Assembly: GCA_964016885.1 (NCBI GenBank)
Contig: OZ024744.1
Coordinates: forward strand, 57,474,001 to 57,538,000
Direction of reading: 5' to 3'
Length of the DNA: 64,000 nt
Source of the DNA: Eledone cirrhosa
Taxonomy: Eukaryota
Shown here: piece by piece, positions 34,120 through 47,928 of the stretch
How the letters are laid out: every line of letters starts with the position of its first letter
Numbering within the stretch: the stretch's first letter is position 1
The notes under the pieces: model-generated
What the model was told of the DNA's origin: nothing
What the model saw: only the letters and a program-made list of their open reading frames with translations
The model's database searches: none
Program-made: the position numbers and the translations under genes

Positions 34120-37100
34120 ATGAATATGAACCTGCTATTCATCTCCGGACGGACTTCTGAACTGCCTGCATTTATGTAAGCATGATGGAAGGAAGATCAG
34201 GAGAGATTGCAGAAATGCTAGAATGAAATAAAGTTGATATATGTTGTGTACAAGAGAGGAATGTCAGCTAGATTTTTTGTGGCAAAAAAAAAAAAAGATG
34301 CTGCAAATTTTTCTGGGTGAGCAGTGGGCTGGGAAGAGTAGTTATGTTAGCAGAAAAATGGATAGATAAGGTAATTGCTGTAAATAGAGTGAATAACAGA
34401 ATCATTAAACTTATACTAGTCCTAAATAGAACAACTGTAACAATTATATCTGCATATGCACCTCAATCTGAACTGTCAGACAAGCTAAAAGACAGGTTTA
34501 TGAATACCTAATGCACACAACTTCCCTAATAAGCAATGGTAACTTCATATTTATTGCAGGCAACTTTAATAGGCATGTTGGACAACACTGCAATGATTTC
34601 AATAGGATTCACTGGGGTTGTGGGTTTGGTGCTAGAAATTAGGAAAGTTTCAGGCTCCTGGAATTTTGTGATGCCAATGATTAATCTATCTGTAACATAA
34701 ACTTCAAAAAAATAAGACAATTACTTGAACACATAAATTTGTGACTGGAGCAGCTCTCTAGGGAGAAGGAGAGTGACTTGGTAGTGGAATAGTAGGATGG
34801 GTGAGACAAAGCCAAGAAATGGGCATGGAAAAAATGGCATAATGGGGGAAGTAGAGAAGTCTACCAGGATGCTAGGAGAGAAGCTAGGTGACAATATACT
34901 TTGTAAGAAGGGAAGCAGAAAATAATAAAATGTAAACATGTTTTGCAGTGTGAGGACCAAAGGCGTGAGATGTTCAGGATTACAAGGGAGTATGTCAGGG
35001 AAAATTGTCATGTTGTTGGGGAGAAATGTGTCTGAGATGATAATGGTGTACTTGCCATCACTGATGCTGAAAAGAAAGTAGCATGGAAATGTCACTATGA
35101 AAGATTACTGAATGAGGAGAATGCGTGCAAGGAATATAGTCTGCTGCAAGTGAACCCAGGAGGGACCAGCTGTACACATCAGCAGCAGTGTTGTAAGTAA
35201 GGTAATTAAGGATATGAAGTTAAAATGGTGACATACCCAATGACTGGTATAGCAGCAGCATCTACAAGAGCAAAGGCAATGCACTAGACAGAAAACTATA
35301 GAGGCAGTTAGTTGATGGACCAGTCATGAAAGTCACAGACAGAGTCAATAGCACAGCTAATTAGGGACTAAATTAACCTAGATGAGATGCAATTTGGATG
35401 TGTGCTAGGTAAAAGTACCACTGATGCCCTCTACTTGGCATTCGTTAACTTGGTGAAAACTTTTGACAGAGTTCCCCATTCCATAATCTGGTGGGTTCTT
35501 AGAAAACTAGTAGATGAGTGGATTATGAGGGCAATACAAGCCATGTATAGAGGAACAGTCAGCAAGGTTAGAATTAACAATAACTATAGTGAAGAATTTA
35601 GTATGCAGGTAGGAGTCTACCAGGGTTTTGTTCTTAGCCATCTACTGTTTATTATCATCTTGCCCATGGGAACATCTGTATATAGATGATATAACCCTCA
35701 TAGCTGAATCAATGGCAGAATTAGAGAAATTCCCAACCTGGAAACATGGTCTAGAACCAAAAGGTCTTAATTAAAGTCAACTTGGCAAGGACTAAATCCT
35801 AATATGTAGAAAGGAAAACATGGCTCAGATACCTTCAGGGAAATGGTGTTGCTCAGTGTGCAGGAAAGGAGTAAGTAGAAATTCCATTCTATGCTCCATA
35901 TTCAAACTATATGTACACAAGAGATATAGTGGGATCTCAGGCAGACTGGCAAAGAACATAGGTTTTGTATGTAGTCAATGTACAGGAATGTTAAGTAGCA
36001 AGAGGTCACAGAAATTATCTTCTTTAAAAGCTCAAAGGGCTCCATAGAAGTAGTTGATAGTTTCTGTTACCTAGGTGACCAAATTAGCAATTGAAGTGGG
36101 TCTACTGAAAGTATAGTAGGCAAAGTGAGAATGGGATGGAAAAAGATCAGGGAGCTACTACAGCTACTAGCTACAAAAGGTTTTTTTTTCATCAAAATGA
36201 AAGGTTGACTATATGAAGCTTGTGTATGAACAGCAATACTGCATGACTGAAACCTGGGCAATATGTACAGAGGGCCTACAAAGACTGCAAAGAAATGAAG
36301 TTTGCTTGCTCCAATGGTTGTGCAATAATACTGTGCATGAAAGACAAAGCATCAATGAAACTAAAAATAAGTGGTGTCAGATGTAGTGTACAGGAGAGGA
36401 GATTGTAGCAGTTTGGACATATGATACATATGGGAGATGATAGCTGTATAAAAAGGTGCAGGACACTCTAAAGTCGATGGAAACTATGGAAGAGGAAGAC
36501 CTAGGAAAGCTTGGGATGAAGCTATAATAGCTGACCTTGCCCAATTAAATCTCACAAAGGAGATGAGGCAGGATCAAGAGCTCTGGTGTCATGCTGTACT
36601 GCAGAAGACCCAACTTTCCAGGTGCATAAAATGAAATGAAACAAACATGTATAGGACTCAATAGTCTGCCAATCTTTTCTTTACCCCTCTTCATTCACTC
36701 TCCCCAGTCTTAATACCTCATCCTTACTAGCTAGATTGCACCTCATTGATGTTAAACTTGCTTATTAGTACTACCCTCCAAATCCTCACCCCTGATATAT
36801 CTGGCCTGCCCAAGAGTCAGCTTAGTGTTTTTTGTCATGGAAATGGCATTGTGGAAGATCAGTTGTAGAGAGTGTTCAGCTTGCGTGCTTGTATTTGTGG
36901 AAATACAAGCACGCAAGCTGAACACTCTCTACAATTGATCTTCCACAATGTCATTGCCATGACAAAAAACACTAAGCTGACTCTGTATGCTGCCACAACA
37001 AAACACCCAGTTTATCCTGTAATGTGGTCATGTTGGTAACATGAGAAAAATCACCCAGTCTAACCTATATGATAGTTGTCTTGGTGACATAACTAAAAAC

Positions 37101-37275
37101 ACTTAGTCCATCCAGTAAAGTGGTTGAGCTGGTGACCTGACAATTGTAGAAAGCAAGCCAAAATACAGATCCACACTTGAGAATGACATGGTGTCCGGAT
37201 CTGACTTGTCTCATAATGTACAACCCATCTAACCCATGCAATTGTGGGAAATGGGCGTTAAATGATGATGATGAT
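34120..37275 (+). mobile_element. Old near-full-length RTE (family D), heavily decayed, with long 3' UTR and (GAT)n tail
   Basis: Fragments 34317-34511 (IISAYAPQS), 35387-35689 (QFG..LAFVNLVKTFDRVP) and 35820-36047 (PHD-like CSVC...HKR); tail at 37262. Confidence 0.92.
36813..36984. repeat. Near-perfect palindrome: 84-bp arms, 4-nt loop
   Basis: AGAGTCAGCTTAG...GCTTGTATTT-GTGG-AAATACAAGC...CTAAGCTGACTCT; I count 3 mismatches. Confidence 0.95.
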
Positions 37276-37454
37276 TATATATATATATATGTGAGTGTGT
37301 GTATGTGCATGGTTGTGTCTGTGTTTGCAGTGTCGGACAAAAAGGATATTGATAAAATAAGTACTGTGATTGATATGATCAACTAAATGAAGGTGGAACC
37401 ACAAAATGGTTGCAGTCTAATAAGCAAAACCTGTAAAAGAAAGACTACATACAC

Positions 37455-38185
37455 ATTGTTTCTGCTATTCTATGTTCACATCGGTTGGATGGGTCTTATT
37501 CAGTACAGAATCCCGCCATTCATGTTCTTTTGCCATATAGTCTGTAAGTATCAGTGAGTTGAGATTATCTCTCTACTTCCACCCAGGTTTTTCTTGGGAT
37601 TTCTCTATTGCTGCTTCCTTCTAGAATTTCTTGGCACTTCACCCAGCGATCATCATCTTTGCGCATCACATGTCCATACCAGTGCAGTTTTCTCTATATC
37701 TGATTCCTCTTATATCTACCATATTTCCCAGTGCCGCAGATGCTTCATCTTCAAGGATGCACCCTAATTTGACAACCAAAAATTCGAAAAAAAATAATAA
37801 ACAACCTTTGGCCTCCAGGACGCATGGTAGATTTTTGAAACTTATTTTAGGAAAAAGTAGCGTCTTTGACGCCGGGAAATATGGTAGTTCCTTTGTCAGC
37901 TATGCTTTGTCATTCATGCACATCTATTGAAGCATGCTTGTTTCACTTCTCTCCAGCCATTACATATGTTTTATGTTCGCTGTCCATGTCTCACTACCAT
38001 GCAACATTGTACTTCACACACAAGTGTCATAAAGCCGACCTTTCATTTGTAGGAAGAGACCTTTTGTTGTCAACAGATGTAATAGCTCCCTAAACTTCTT
38101 CCATCCTGTCTTTATTCTATCCTCTATGCTCTTAGACCACCTGCTCCCACTTGGTAGCAGAAGCTATCAACCACTTCTATGAATC
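37455..38185 (-). mobile_element. Old RTE 3' fragment interrupted by a MITE
   Basis: GCGCATCACATGTCCATACCA, CCATGTCTCACTACCATG and AGCTCCCTAAACTTCTTCCA blocks shared with families A and B. Confidence 0.85.
37719..37884. mobile_element. Tc1/mariner-superfamily (pogo/Tigger-like) MITE with TA target-site duplication
   Basis: TA-CCATATTTCCC ... GGGAAATATGG-TA termini. Removing it restores the RTE sequence. Confidence 0.8.
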
Positions 38186-39446
38186 CTACTTGGGATATAT
38201 GTGTGTATGCAAAAAGTAAACAGAAACAAAATAGGTGGAAGGGAAGGAGCTGGAAAGTATCATCAAACCAAAGACCTAATCCAAATTCCTGCAACAGAAT
38301 GGAGGGTTTTTTGTTTTCTTTATTTTGTATTTTGCCACTTTACATGAAGAATTTTAAGTGTTTAAGTATGTTATTTGGTTGTGGATGTGTTTCTGTATGT
38401 ATGTGTATGTATATGTAATTTGTATATATATGTCTCTGTATATGGGTATGTGTATGTTGATAAGGCAGGTAGTTACTTGAAATAAGATTTCAAATGTTTT
38501 TTGTTTATGGTTTAATGATATCGTGAGTATACATACACACACACACACACACAGACATATATATATATGTGTATGTGTGTGTGTGTGTGTGTGTACATAT
38601 ATATATATCATGATGATGATGTATGTATATATATATATACACACACGCATATATATAACACCATCATTATAATCATTTAATGTCCCCCCCCCCCCCCCTC
38701 TGCAGACTTACTGAATTAAAAAGCAATTAAATTAGCAAATAAAATAAGTGTATTTATTGTAGTGGGACAGAATTGTATTTCTGTAAACTGGTTGTATTCA
38801 TAAAGAAACTAAAAGAATTGTTGTTACCCAGAAAATAAATAAGATAAAAATCACACTATAACAATGTTGTAAAAGCCACTAGTTGTCAATATTGGGTGGA
38901 AACTTCACAGAATTCAAATCTCTTTTTGTGTAGAATAATTACTGCGAAAGTGTGTCAACAAGTGTACATTTTTAACAGTATGCAAGAACTATTAATACAA
39001 AATAGAAGAGTGCTACTCGTTGTGAACATTATACTACATTTACTTTCTTTTGAAAAAGAGAGTTCTGACCCTTAAATATCATGAAATATAAGATAAAAGT
39101 GTAAACTGTTATATATTTTCTTACTCTCTTCATTGTATTTCTAATTTGCATTGTACCAGCTTTCTCCAAACAATCATAATCACAAATATTTGTCAAAATA
39201 CATCAGAAATGCATTGTAAAGAAGACATCCATCAACGGCTCAGTATTGACTTATTTATCTTCTAGAACAGCAACAGTTCCGGTAATGCTTTTATGAATGC
39301 AGCCAGTTTTCAGAAATGCAATTTGGTCACTGATTGACATATATAAAATGAAGCAATGTAAAATGGAGTGCCTTGCTGAAGGACATGTTTTACTCTCATG
39401 ATAATGAACCACAAGCTTTCACCTACACAATATATAGTCACTTTAA

Positions 39447-39662
39447 CCTTTTCATTACTGTATTTTTAATGAAATATTTTGTATTTTAATTAATTTATGA
39501 AAAATTTGGGAAAGATTTACTAAAACTATAATTTCATTAAGATGGCTTTTGCAACATCACAAAATGTTCAGATATAAAATTATGCTGGAAGGTTTTAATT
39601 TAAAATGTGATTTTATTTCATAGAAACAGAGGCAGTTTTAGAGCAGGTTGGTATCAAAAAGG
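39447..39662. mobile_element. piggyBac-like MITE
   Basis: TTAA-CCTTTT ... AAAAGG-TTAA termini. Confidence 0.7.
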
Positions 39663-39769
39663 TTAAGCATACAGCATGTGTTTTATAAAAATTGCATTGA
39701 GGTTTAGTTTGTAATAATGTTACATCTACCCCTTGTTCCAGTACATTTGGCATGGCACTAGTGAGTGTG

Positions 39770-41088
39770 ATGATGACAACAAGTTAGGTGGCAAGCAACC
39801 ATTTCTGAAGCACTGAAATTAACAAACCTAGTATAAAGTCATTTAATATGCCAAACTTCTTGTTTGGTTTGTTGTAAAGTGTAATTAAATTACAGTAAGT
39901 GAGCCACTAATTGCTGACTACCTGTTTCATCATGTAATGAACTGCGTATCAGGAGACCATACATCATATGTTGTCGCACTGATCTCTTTATATGAGCAAG
40001 CTCTCTCTCTCTTCTTTTCTCTCTTTGTCTCTCTCTCTCTCTTCTTTTCTATCTTTGTCTCTCTCTTCCCCTCTCTTTGTCTTGCCTGCTTGTCTGTTTG
40101 TTTCTATCTCTGCCTATCTCTCTTTGTCTCTGTCTTTCTGTTTGTCTCTCTCAGTCTGGCTGCTTGTCTCTCTCTCTCCCTCTCCTTGTCTGTCTTCTGT
40201 CTTTGTCTGTATGTCTCTGTTTCTTTCTCTCTTTGTCTATCTTTCTCCATCTCTGTCTGTATATCTGTATCTCTTTCTGACTCTTTGTCTATCTGTCTCT
40301 CTCTCTCTCCCTCGCAAACACCCTAACATGTTTCTGTTTGCATTGTGATAATTAAATATTGTATGTTATGTTTTATCATGTTGTTGTTGTTACTGTGTTG
40401 ACAAAAATACTCAAAACCTCCTCCTCTGTTCATTTGTTCAATATTGCTGTGGATCTGGGACCCAATCTACTATAACTGTCTCATATGTTAAAATATTTCT
40501 CCACTTTTTAACCCTTTCATTAAGATAGGTACTAATGAAAGGCACTGCTTATCATTTTGAAAATAATTAAGAATTTAGAGGGATTTAGTAAAACTAACTT
40601 TTCCATTTTTAATCCTTTTGTTACCATATTTCCAATAAAAGGCACTGCCTATTATTTTCAATTCATTTAAAAAAAATAATCAAGAATTTGGAAGGTTTCA
40701 TGAAATATCTCTCAATATTAACCGTTTCATTACCATATTCCTATTGAAAGGCACTGTCTATGATTTCCAAATAATTTTGAAAATAATCAGGCTCTATGAT
40801 TTATCAGTCTGATTAAACCTGCTTATATTTGAGCATTCATATTTAACCTTTCCATGATTATATTTTTAATGAAATACACTATATTTCATTTAATTCTGAA
40901 TCTGATGATAACAGCAAGGTATGCGGCAGGCAACCACTCCTGAAGTATTGAAATTAACAAACCTGGTATAAAGTCATTTAATATGCCAAACTTCTTGTTT
41001 GGTTTGTGGTAACGTGTAATTAAATTACAGTAAGTGAGCCACTAATTACTGACTACCCGTTTCATTATGTAATGAACTGTGTATCAGA
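39770..41088. repeat. Dispersed ~185-bp direct repeat pair (39770-39952 and 40902-41088) around a CT-rich tract
   Basis: Shared GTATAAAGTCATTTAATATGCCAAACTTCTTGTTTGGTTTG...GTAATTAAATTACAGTAAGTGAGCCACTAATT. Confidence 0.9.
40000..40312. repeat. Degenerate (CT)n/(CTGT)n pyrimidine tract
   Basis: Direct inspection. Confidence 0.9.
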
Positions 41089-41199
41089 TTTCAGAATCAT
41101 TTGCAAATAATAGCTAGTATCTTTTATTAACTCAACTATGGATTGAAAGACATTGGTTTCGATGATTGGCATTCAGTTGTTTAATCAATTGTGAATTGA

Positions 41200-42623
41200 A
41201 GTGGTTGAGTATTTGATAGACATATGTACCCTTAATGTAATCGACAGTCGATCGACTTTCATCAAATTGGACTGAGGAAACAATGCTTCCACTGGTCTTT
41301 CCAATTGCTAATACTATTTATCGGTCACAACTCCAGGTAGAAGGAGGAACGTGAAATAAAGTGTCTTGCTCAAGGACAATGCAGGGAATCGTGGCAGGGA
41401 ATCAAACTCACAACCTCACAATTATGAATCCAATTCCCTAACCACTCAGCCATGCGCCTTCACCTTAATGTAATTCCTTAGCTAAATCATTGTAACACAA
41501 TATGACATGGTTGGAACTTTGAATTACAGGTACAGTATATATTGTAAGTGGTTGAGTATTCCACCAACAAATGTACCCTTAACTCTTTAGCATTTAAACC
41601 AGCCATACCTACATTAAAATATTCTCAATATAACTAACATCAAAATCTCGTAGATTCAATATTATGTGAGATAATTATGTAAGATAAAGCCGTTACCATG
41701 AAAATATAATAGTATATATAGAATAATGTAAATGCTAAAAGGTTACTGTAAATCTCAAGTTGACTTCATGAGACAGATGTGACAAGGCTGGACCTTTGAA
41801 TTACAGGTACAATCAGTCTGAAGGGCTTCCACACAGATTCTATCTACCAAGTTTCACTCACAAGACTTGGGCTCACCTTGTCTATGGTAAAGACATTCAC
41901 CCAAGATACCACTCAGAACCTAATTGCAAAATAAGCTTTTTAACCATTCAGCTGGATGTTTCTATGCTTAATACATAGGAGTGGTTGAGTATGCCACAGA
42001 TGTGTGTACCTTATATAATTTCCAAGTCAAACCTGTGTGACAGGGTTAGCTGGTCCTTTGAATAACAGGTACAATGCATCTGATGGATTTCCACAGTTTC
42101 TATTCACCCAATTTCACTCACAAGGCTTCAGTTGACTTGAGGCTACAGTAAAGACACTTACCCTTCCAAGATACCATGCATTGGGATTGAACTCAAAACA
42201 TCATGATTTTGACTACTCAGCCAGATGGTAATCTATGTTTGGTACACAGGAAGTTGTACTGCAATATATTATAGTCAAAGCCATTTGACTTTTTATACCT
42301 AATTGAAATTAATTGCTCATTGTCAAAGAACAGTAACATTTAGAAATTAAGGTGTAAATCATTGTAGAAGTGGTAACTGATGGTTTTGTGTTAATAAAGA
42401 TTTATAATATATGACAATACGATCAACAGAAATGACAGAGTACAAGACTTCCCCTGTACAGGACACCAGTCCATTAGAGGGTTAAACCCCTAGCAATTGC
42501 TCGTACTCATTTATACTGGAGCAATGTGAAATGAAGTTTTTGCTCAAGAACACAACACGCAACCCAGGAATCAAACCCATGACATTATGATCGTAAGTCC
42601 AACACCCTTACCACTAGGCCATG

Positions 42624-42625
<2 letters not shown>
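41200..42625 (-). mobile_element. Cluster of nested or tandem tRNA-derived SINEs, one interrupted by a TTAA-type MITE (~41579-41745)
   Basis: GTGGTTGAGTATT...GTACCCTT and TTTGAATTACAGGTACA recur three times. tRNA-like heads in reverse (GGGAATCAAACTCAC...CCCTAACCACTCAGCCATGC). MITE ends CTCTTTAGCATTTA / TAAATGCTAAAAGG. Confidence 0.7.
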
Positions 42626-42651
<26 letters not shown>

Positions 42652-42656
<5 letters not shown>

Positions 42657-43857
42657 AAAACAAATGCACAGGAAACTAAAAGTAAGCCTTACCCTTGTAG
42701 AAATTCAAACTAGTTAACCTTATTCTATATATGGTACTCCACCTAGTAGTCCTCCATAGTGAAGGTTCCAGGGCGCTTGTTACAGCCTCCTTCGTCTCCT
42801 CCACATCCCCAAAGCAAATACCCCTGAGCTTCTTCAACTTTGGGAACATCCAGAAGTCACATGGGGCTAAGTCTTGATCCCCCATATCAGCCAAGTAGTT
42901 AGTCACCAGGATGGATTTGTGGCAAGGGGCATTGTCCTGGTGTAGGTGCCACTGACCAGACTTAAAGAGTTCTGTCTCTTGTGACGAATCTCTTTCTGAA
43001 GTACCTCAAAACCTCTACATAGTATTCTTTGTTGACTCTCTGGCTGTGAAGGGACCCAATGGATGTAGATGCCCTTGTTGTTGAAGAATGGGATCATCAT
43101 AAGCTTCCCAGTGAACCTGCTTTGCCTGGTCTTCTTGGGTCTTGGGGAGTCAGAATATTTCCACTGGGCACTCTGGGTCTCTGGATCATAACAGTAGACC
43201 CAGCTCTCATCACAAGTTACCAGAGACTCAATGACACTTGGATTTGAAGCAATCCACTCAACCATCTCCCTGTTGTCATCAACGTGCCTCTGCCTTTGAT
43301 TTTCATTGAGCACCCTGGAAATAAACTTTCCAGATGTTCAGATTGTCATGAATGCACAGTGTCCTCAGTGTCCTTAGTGACTTCAAATTATTTAACAATT
43401 GTCAGAAAAATGCATGGTGGACCTCATTAAAAAATTTGTGAATTTTATCAACCAATTTTGGCGTCCTGATGTCCCTCTCTCTGCCACATCCCTTACCGTC
43501 CCTCACCTGTTCTGTGCCCTCCTGGAAAAACAGTCACCTAGCTCATAAAGTTAGTCCATAAGCAGTTTTGACCATTTCATAGGTTTCTGTAGCATTTTTA
43601 CTGAGCTTGACACAAAACTTTATTGCATATCAAACCTCCAAATTGTCCTCATGTCCCAACTGCATTGTGGAACCAGTCAGCTGTGACAAGATGTGTATGA
43701 CAGGTAGTGTTTAAAGTGCTGTAGTTGCCTGAACCTTCACCCTGGAAAAAAAAAAAGATTTGGCATGTTAGCTTATTATAACCATATCAAGGTTGTATTA
43801 GAGTGACAATTACATAGGACAATTAAAAGTGCCTGAAAATGTTTTGAGTGTACCTCA
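42652..43857 (-). mobile_element. Decayed mariner (DD34D) transposon; transposase pseudogene
   Basis: VTCDESWVYCYDPET, PRPKK, GKLMMIPFF, WHLHQDNAPCH and DLAPCDFWMFPKLK motifs across frameshifted ORFs. TA-flanked TIR-like end near 43857. Confidence 0.92.
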
Positions 43858-44385
43858 TATATATAGATCTATATGGGGTGGTCGGTTTTTTACACATAAA
43901 TTTATAGATAAACTTTAGTAACCCTTATGTTAGCCACTAAAAACTGATAATAAAGGTCACCATCTAACTTATAGTGTGTAAACATATTTTTGGCTTACAT
44001 TGTAATTGAACTCTGAATATTGAGGTTTCAGATATCTTTTTGTATAACACCATTATGAATGTTACAGTACCTTATATGTTATGTTTAGTACTGTTGGTAA
44101 ACAGTATTTGATAGGGAAAAAAAACATGTTCAAATGAATGTGCTACAAAATGTTGGCATTTTTTAAGTGAAACTATATTTGTGATTGTATGGTATGGAGC
44201 CATAAGTACTGAGACGTCGTAGGGGTACTATTTTGACATACTGCATTTCTAGGGCATTTTAAAAACCTAGTGGAGTCAATCTCCTCTCCGGGCTTGAATA
44301 CAGTAGATTTCTTCCAGAGAAGGATAGAGAGAGTGAGAGAAAGGAAGTGAGAAAGAGATATAGAGGAATAATCTACTCCAGTAAA

Positions 44386-45480
44386 TTACAGTATGTGGAC
44401 TTGTTACAGTATGTGGACTTATGTTACAGTATGTAGATTTATGTTACAGTATGTGGACTTATGTTACAGTATGTGGACTTATGTTACAGTATGTAGATTT
44501 ATGTTAGAGTTTGTGGACTTATGTTACAGTATGTGGATTTATGTTACAGTATGTGGAATTATGTTACAGTATGTGGACTTATGTTACAGTATGTAGACTT
44601 ATGTTACAGTATGTGGACTTATGTTACAGTATGTAGATTTATGTTACAGTATGTGGATTTATGTTACAGTATGTAGACTTATGTTACAGTATGTGGACTT
44701 ATGCTACAGTATGTGGATTTATGTTACAGTATGTGGACTTATGTTACAGTATGTAGACTTATGTTACAGTATGTGGATTTATGTTACAGTATGTGGACTT
44801 ATGTTACAGTATGTAGATTTATGTTACAGTATGTGGATTTATGTTACAGTATGTGGATTTATGTTACAGTATGTGGACTTATGTTACAGTATGTGGACTT
44901 ATGCTACAGTATGTGGATTTATGTTACAGTATGTGGACTTATGTTACAGTATGTGGACTTATGATACAGTATGTGGATTTATGTTACAGTATGTGGATTT
45001 ATGTTACAGTATGTAGACTTATGTTACAGTATGTGAACTTATGTTACAGTATGTAGACTTATGTTACAGTATGTGGACTTATGTTACAGTATGTAGACTT
45101 ATGTTACAGTATGTGGACTTATGTTACAGTATGTGGACTTATGTTACAGTATGTAGACTTATATTACAGTATGTGGACTTATGTTACAGTATGTGGACTT
45201 ATGTTACAGTATGTGGACTTATGTTACAGTATGTGGACTTATTTTATAGTTTGTAGACTTATGTTACAGTATGTAGACTTATGTTACAGTATGTGGACTT
45301 ATGTTACAGTATGTGGACTTATGTTACAGTATGTAGACTTATGTTACAGTATGTGGACTTATGTTATAGTTTGTAGACTTATGTTATAGTTTGTAGACTT
45401 ATGTTATAGTTTGTAGACTTATGTTATAGTTTGTAGACTTATGTTATAGTATGTGGACTTATTTTATAGTATGTGGAATT
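44386..45480. repeat. 20-bp minisatellite ATGTTACAGTATGT(G/A)GA(C/T)TT, ~54 copies
   Basis: Exact 20-bp periodicity. Confidence 0.98.
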
Positions 45481-45857
45481 ATACATTAGACATTTTTATT
45501 GCTTTAATCAAGTTGCATGATGCTTACCACTAATGCTTTTCGCTTCCAGACTTATAGATCTGTCTCGCATGTTTGGTTTTTTAGTAAAAGACTATTTTTC
45601 ATATCTATTATTTGCTGATTATTGCCTGCTTTGCCTGGTATTTTGGGGCATGCATTCCTCAAATCTAATATTGGTTTCCTGAAGAGATTTTGTGATATGT
45701 GATTGTAATGTTTGTTGATTTGATTGATTAATTAATTAATCTGCAAATCAGTATTTTTATTTGTGATAGCATTTCATTAAAATTGAAATGTTCATAGAAA
45801 TGAATAAAATGATTTGAAGTATTATCTTTGGATTTTTACCTAAGTTAAATATATATA

Positions 45858-45894
<37 letters not shown>

Positions 45895-45900
<6 letters not shown>

Positions 45901-46556
45901 CGTTTAACGTCCATCTTCCACTCTTGCATGGGTTTGAACGGGAGTTTTCCCACTTGAGGCAAGAGTGGTTGTCTTGCTCGCATAGGACTGTCTGGCGGGT
46001 TTTCTACGGCTGGATGCCCTTCCTAACACCAACCACGTTTACAGTGTGGACTGGGAGGTTTTTACCGTGTTACCTACACGGCCACATTACAGCGTGGACT
46101 GTGTTTTTTTGTCGTGACACCTACACGACCTCATTTGTTTCGGACTGGATGTTGTGGTACCAACATAACTTTACATTGAAAGGGGTGGTGTGGATGGGGT
46201 AGTGGGATGGGGGTGTATTTGTTAGAGGTGCCTACTGACTGTAGTAGGTTTCACTTTGTACCTAGGTAAGGCGGGTCTTCTGTATTACTGTGTAGCGCCA
46301 AAGATCTCGGTCCAGTGACATTGTCTTGGAGAGGTGTAAGTGTGTGAGGTCGAAATTTATCAGGTCGTCCCAGGTTTTTCTGGGTCTGCCTACTCCGTGG
46401 CTACCGTCTATTTTTATTGCCCTGCACTTTTTTATACAGCTGTCGTCTTTCATGCGCATCACGTGACCATACCAACGTAGTCTTCTCTCGAGTAAACAAC
46501 ATCTGATCCCTCTTATTTCTAATTTTTCCCTTAGTTCGTTTATGCTTTGCCGTTCA
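45895..46556 (-). mobile_element. RTE family C 3' fragment
   Basis: ORF 46262-46609 (RRLRWYGHVMRM...GRPRKTWDD), 3' UTR and short (GAT)n tail. Confidence 0.93.
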
Positions 46557-46829
46557 CATATATATATATAGTAATAATAATAAATTTGAATTTGAAGACT
46601 AAAATCCAAAGAGTGCTCGATAAGGATAAATATATATCAAATATATAAGAGCCCTAGAGCAAATATTTATTAAAATAACATTAAAGTTTAAGCAAACTTT
46701 AATCTGTTATTTTAATAAATATATATATATTTCATATTGTTTCATTGGATTGAGGCGATGCCTTTATGTGCATGTGTGTGCAAAATCATGATTTAATCTC
46801 CACTTTCTCTGGATCGGTCTTCACAGACC

Positions 46830-47028
46830 AAGTGTGTGTGTGTGTATGTAAGTGTGTGTGTGTATGTAAGTATGTGTCTGAGTTGACATTTGTTTGTTTG
46901 TGTCCCTTAACTTCGTGGTTTGACAAAGGAAAGATTGACAAAATAGATACCAGACTTGAAAACGTAAGTACGAGGTGGTGCCCCAGAATAGTCACACTCT
47001 TAAGACTGAAACCAGTAGAAGAATAAAT
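46830..47028 (+). mobile_element. SINE 3' half
   Basis: GGTTTGACAAAGG...GATACCAGACTTGAAA...GACTGAAACCAGTAGAAGAATAA. Confidence 0.7.
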
Positions 47029-47519
47029 GAATATCAATATTTTACATACAATATTTGAAGGAACAGAATGAATATCTTAAGACATATTTTTGTGCAGTTT
47101 TTCTTCATTGATTTTACATCTGCTTTTCAATGCTGGCATAGGATAAACAAAATAGTTTTTGAGGCAGAATTTTACAGCCAGATGCCCATCTTGATGCCAA
47201 TCCTTTTCTTTTTTTAAGTATGGTATTTGTAAACATGTATGGTGGGACTGAACCTGAAACTATATGGCTACAAAGAAAATTCCTTAACTACACAGCCACA
47301 TGTTTTTTTTTTCAATTTCTGGTATGTTTTAACTAACTGTATTGCTGCAGTGTTTTGTAGACTTAGCCAGAAATAGACAATGAGTTAAGCTATAGGAGAG
47401 ATTCAATGCCAAAGAATAATTTTAAAGTGATTGGCTACCCACCTCCTCCAGTCCCTGTCAGATATGTAGTCTGAGTATCAGAGTGCTTCTGATTGTCTTA
47501 TATTGATTTCATTTTATCT

Positions 47520-47928
<409 letters not shown>

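Noticed and set aside
39160-39281. AG...GT-bounded segment as a coding exon
   Set aside because: All three frames contain stops. It could only be a UTR exon, and nothing supports that.
39937-40348. Hydrophobic SLSL ORFs (also 47690-48020 and 10511-10918)
   Set aside because: Low-complexity (CT)n or T-rich translations.
44393-45389. MLQYVDLCYSMW repeat ORFs
   Set aside because: Products of a 20-bp minisatellite whose unit is not a multiple of 3.
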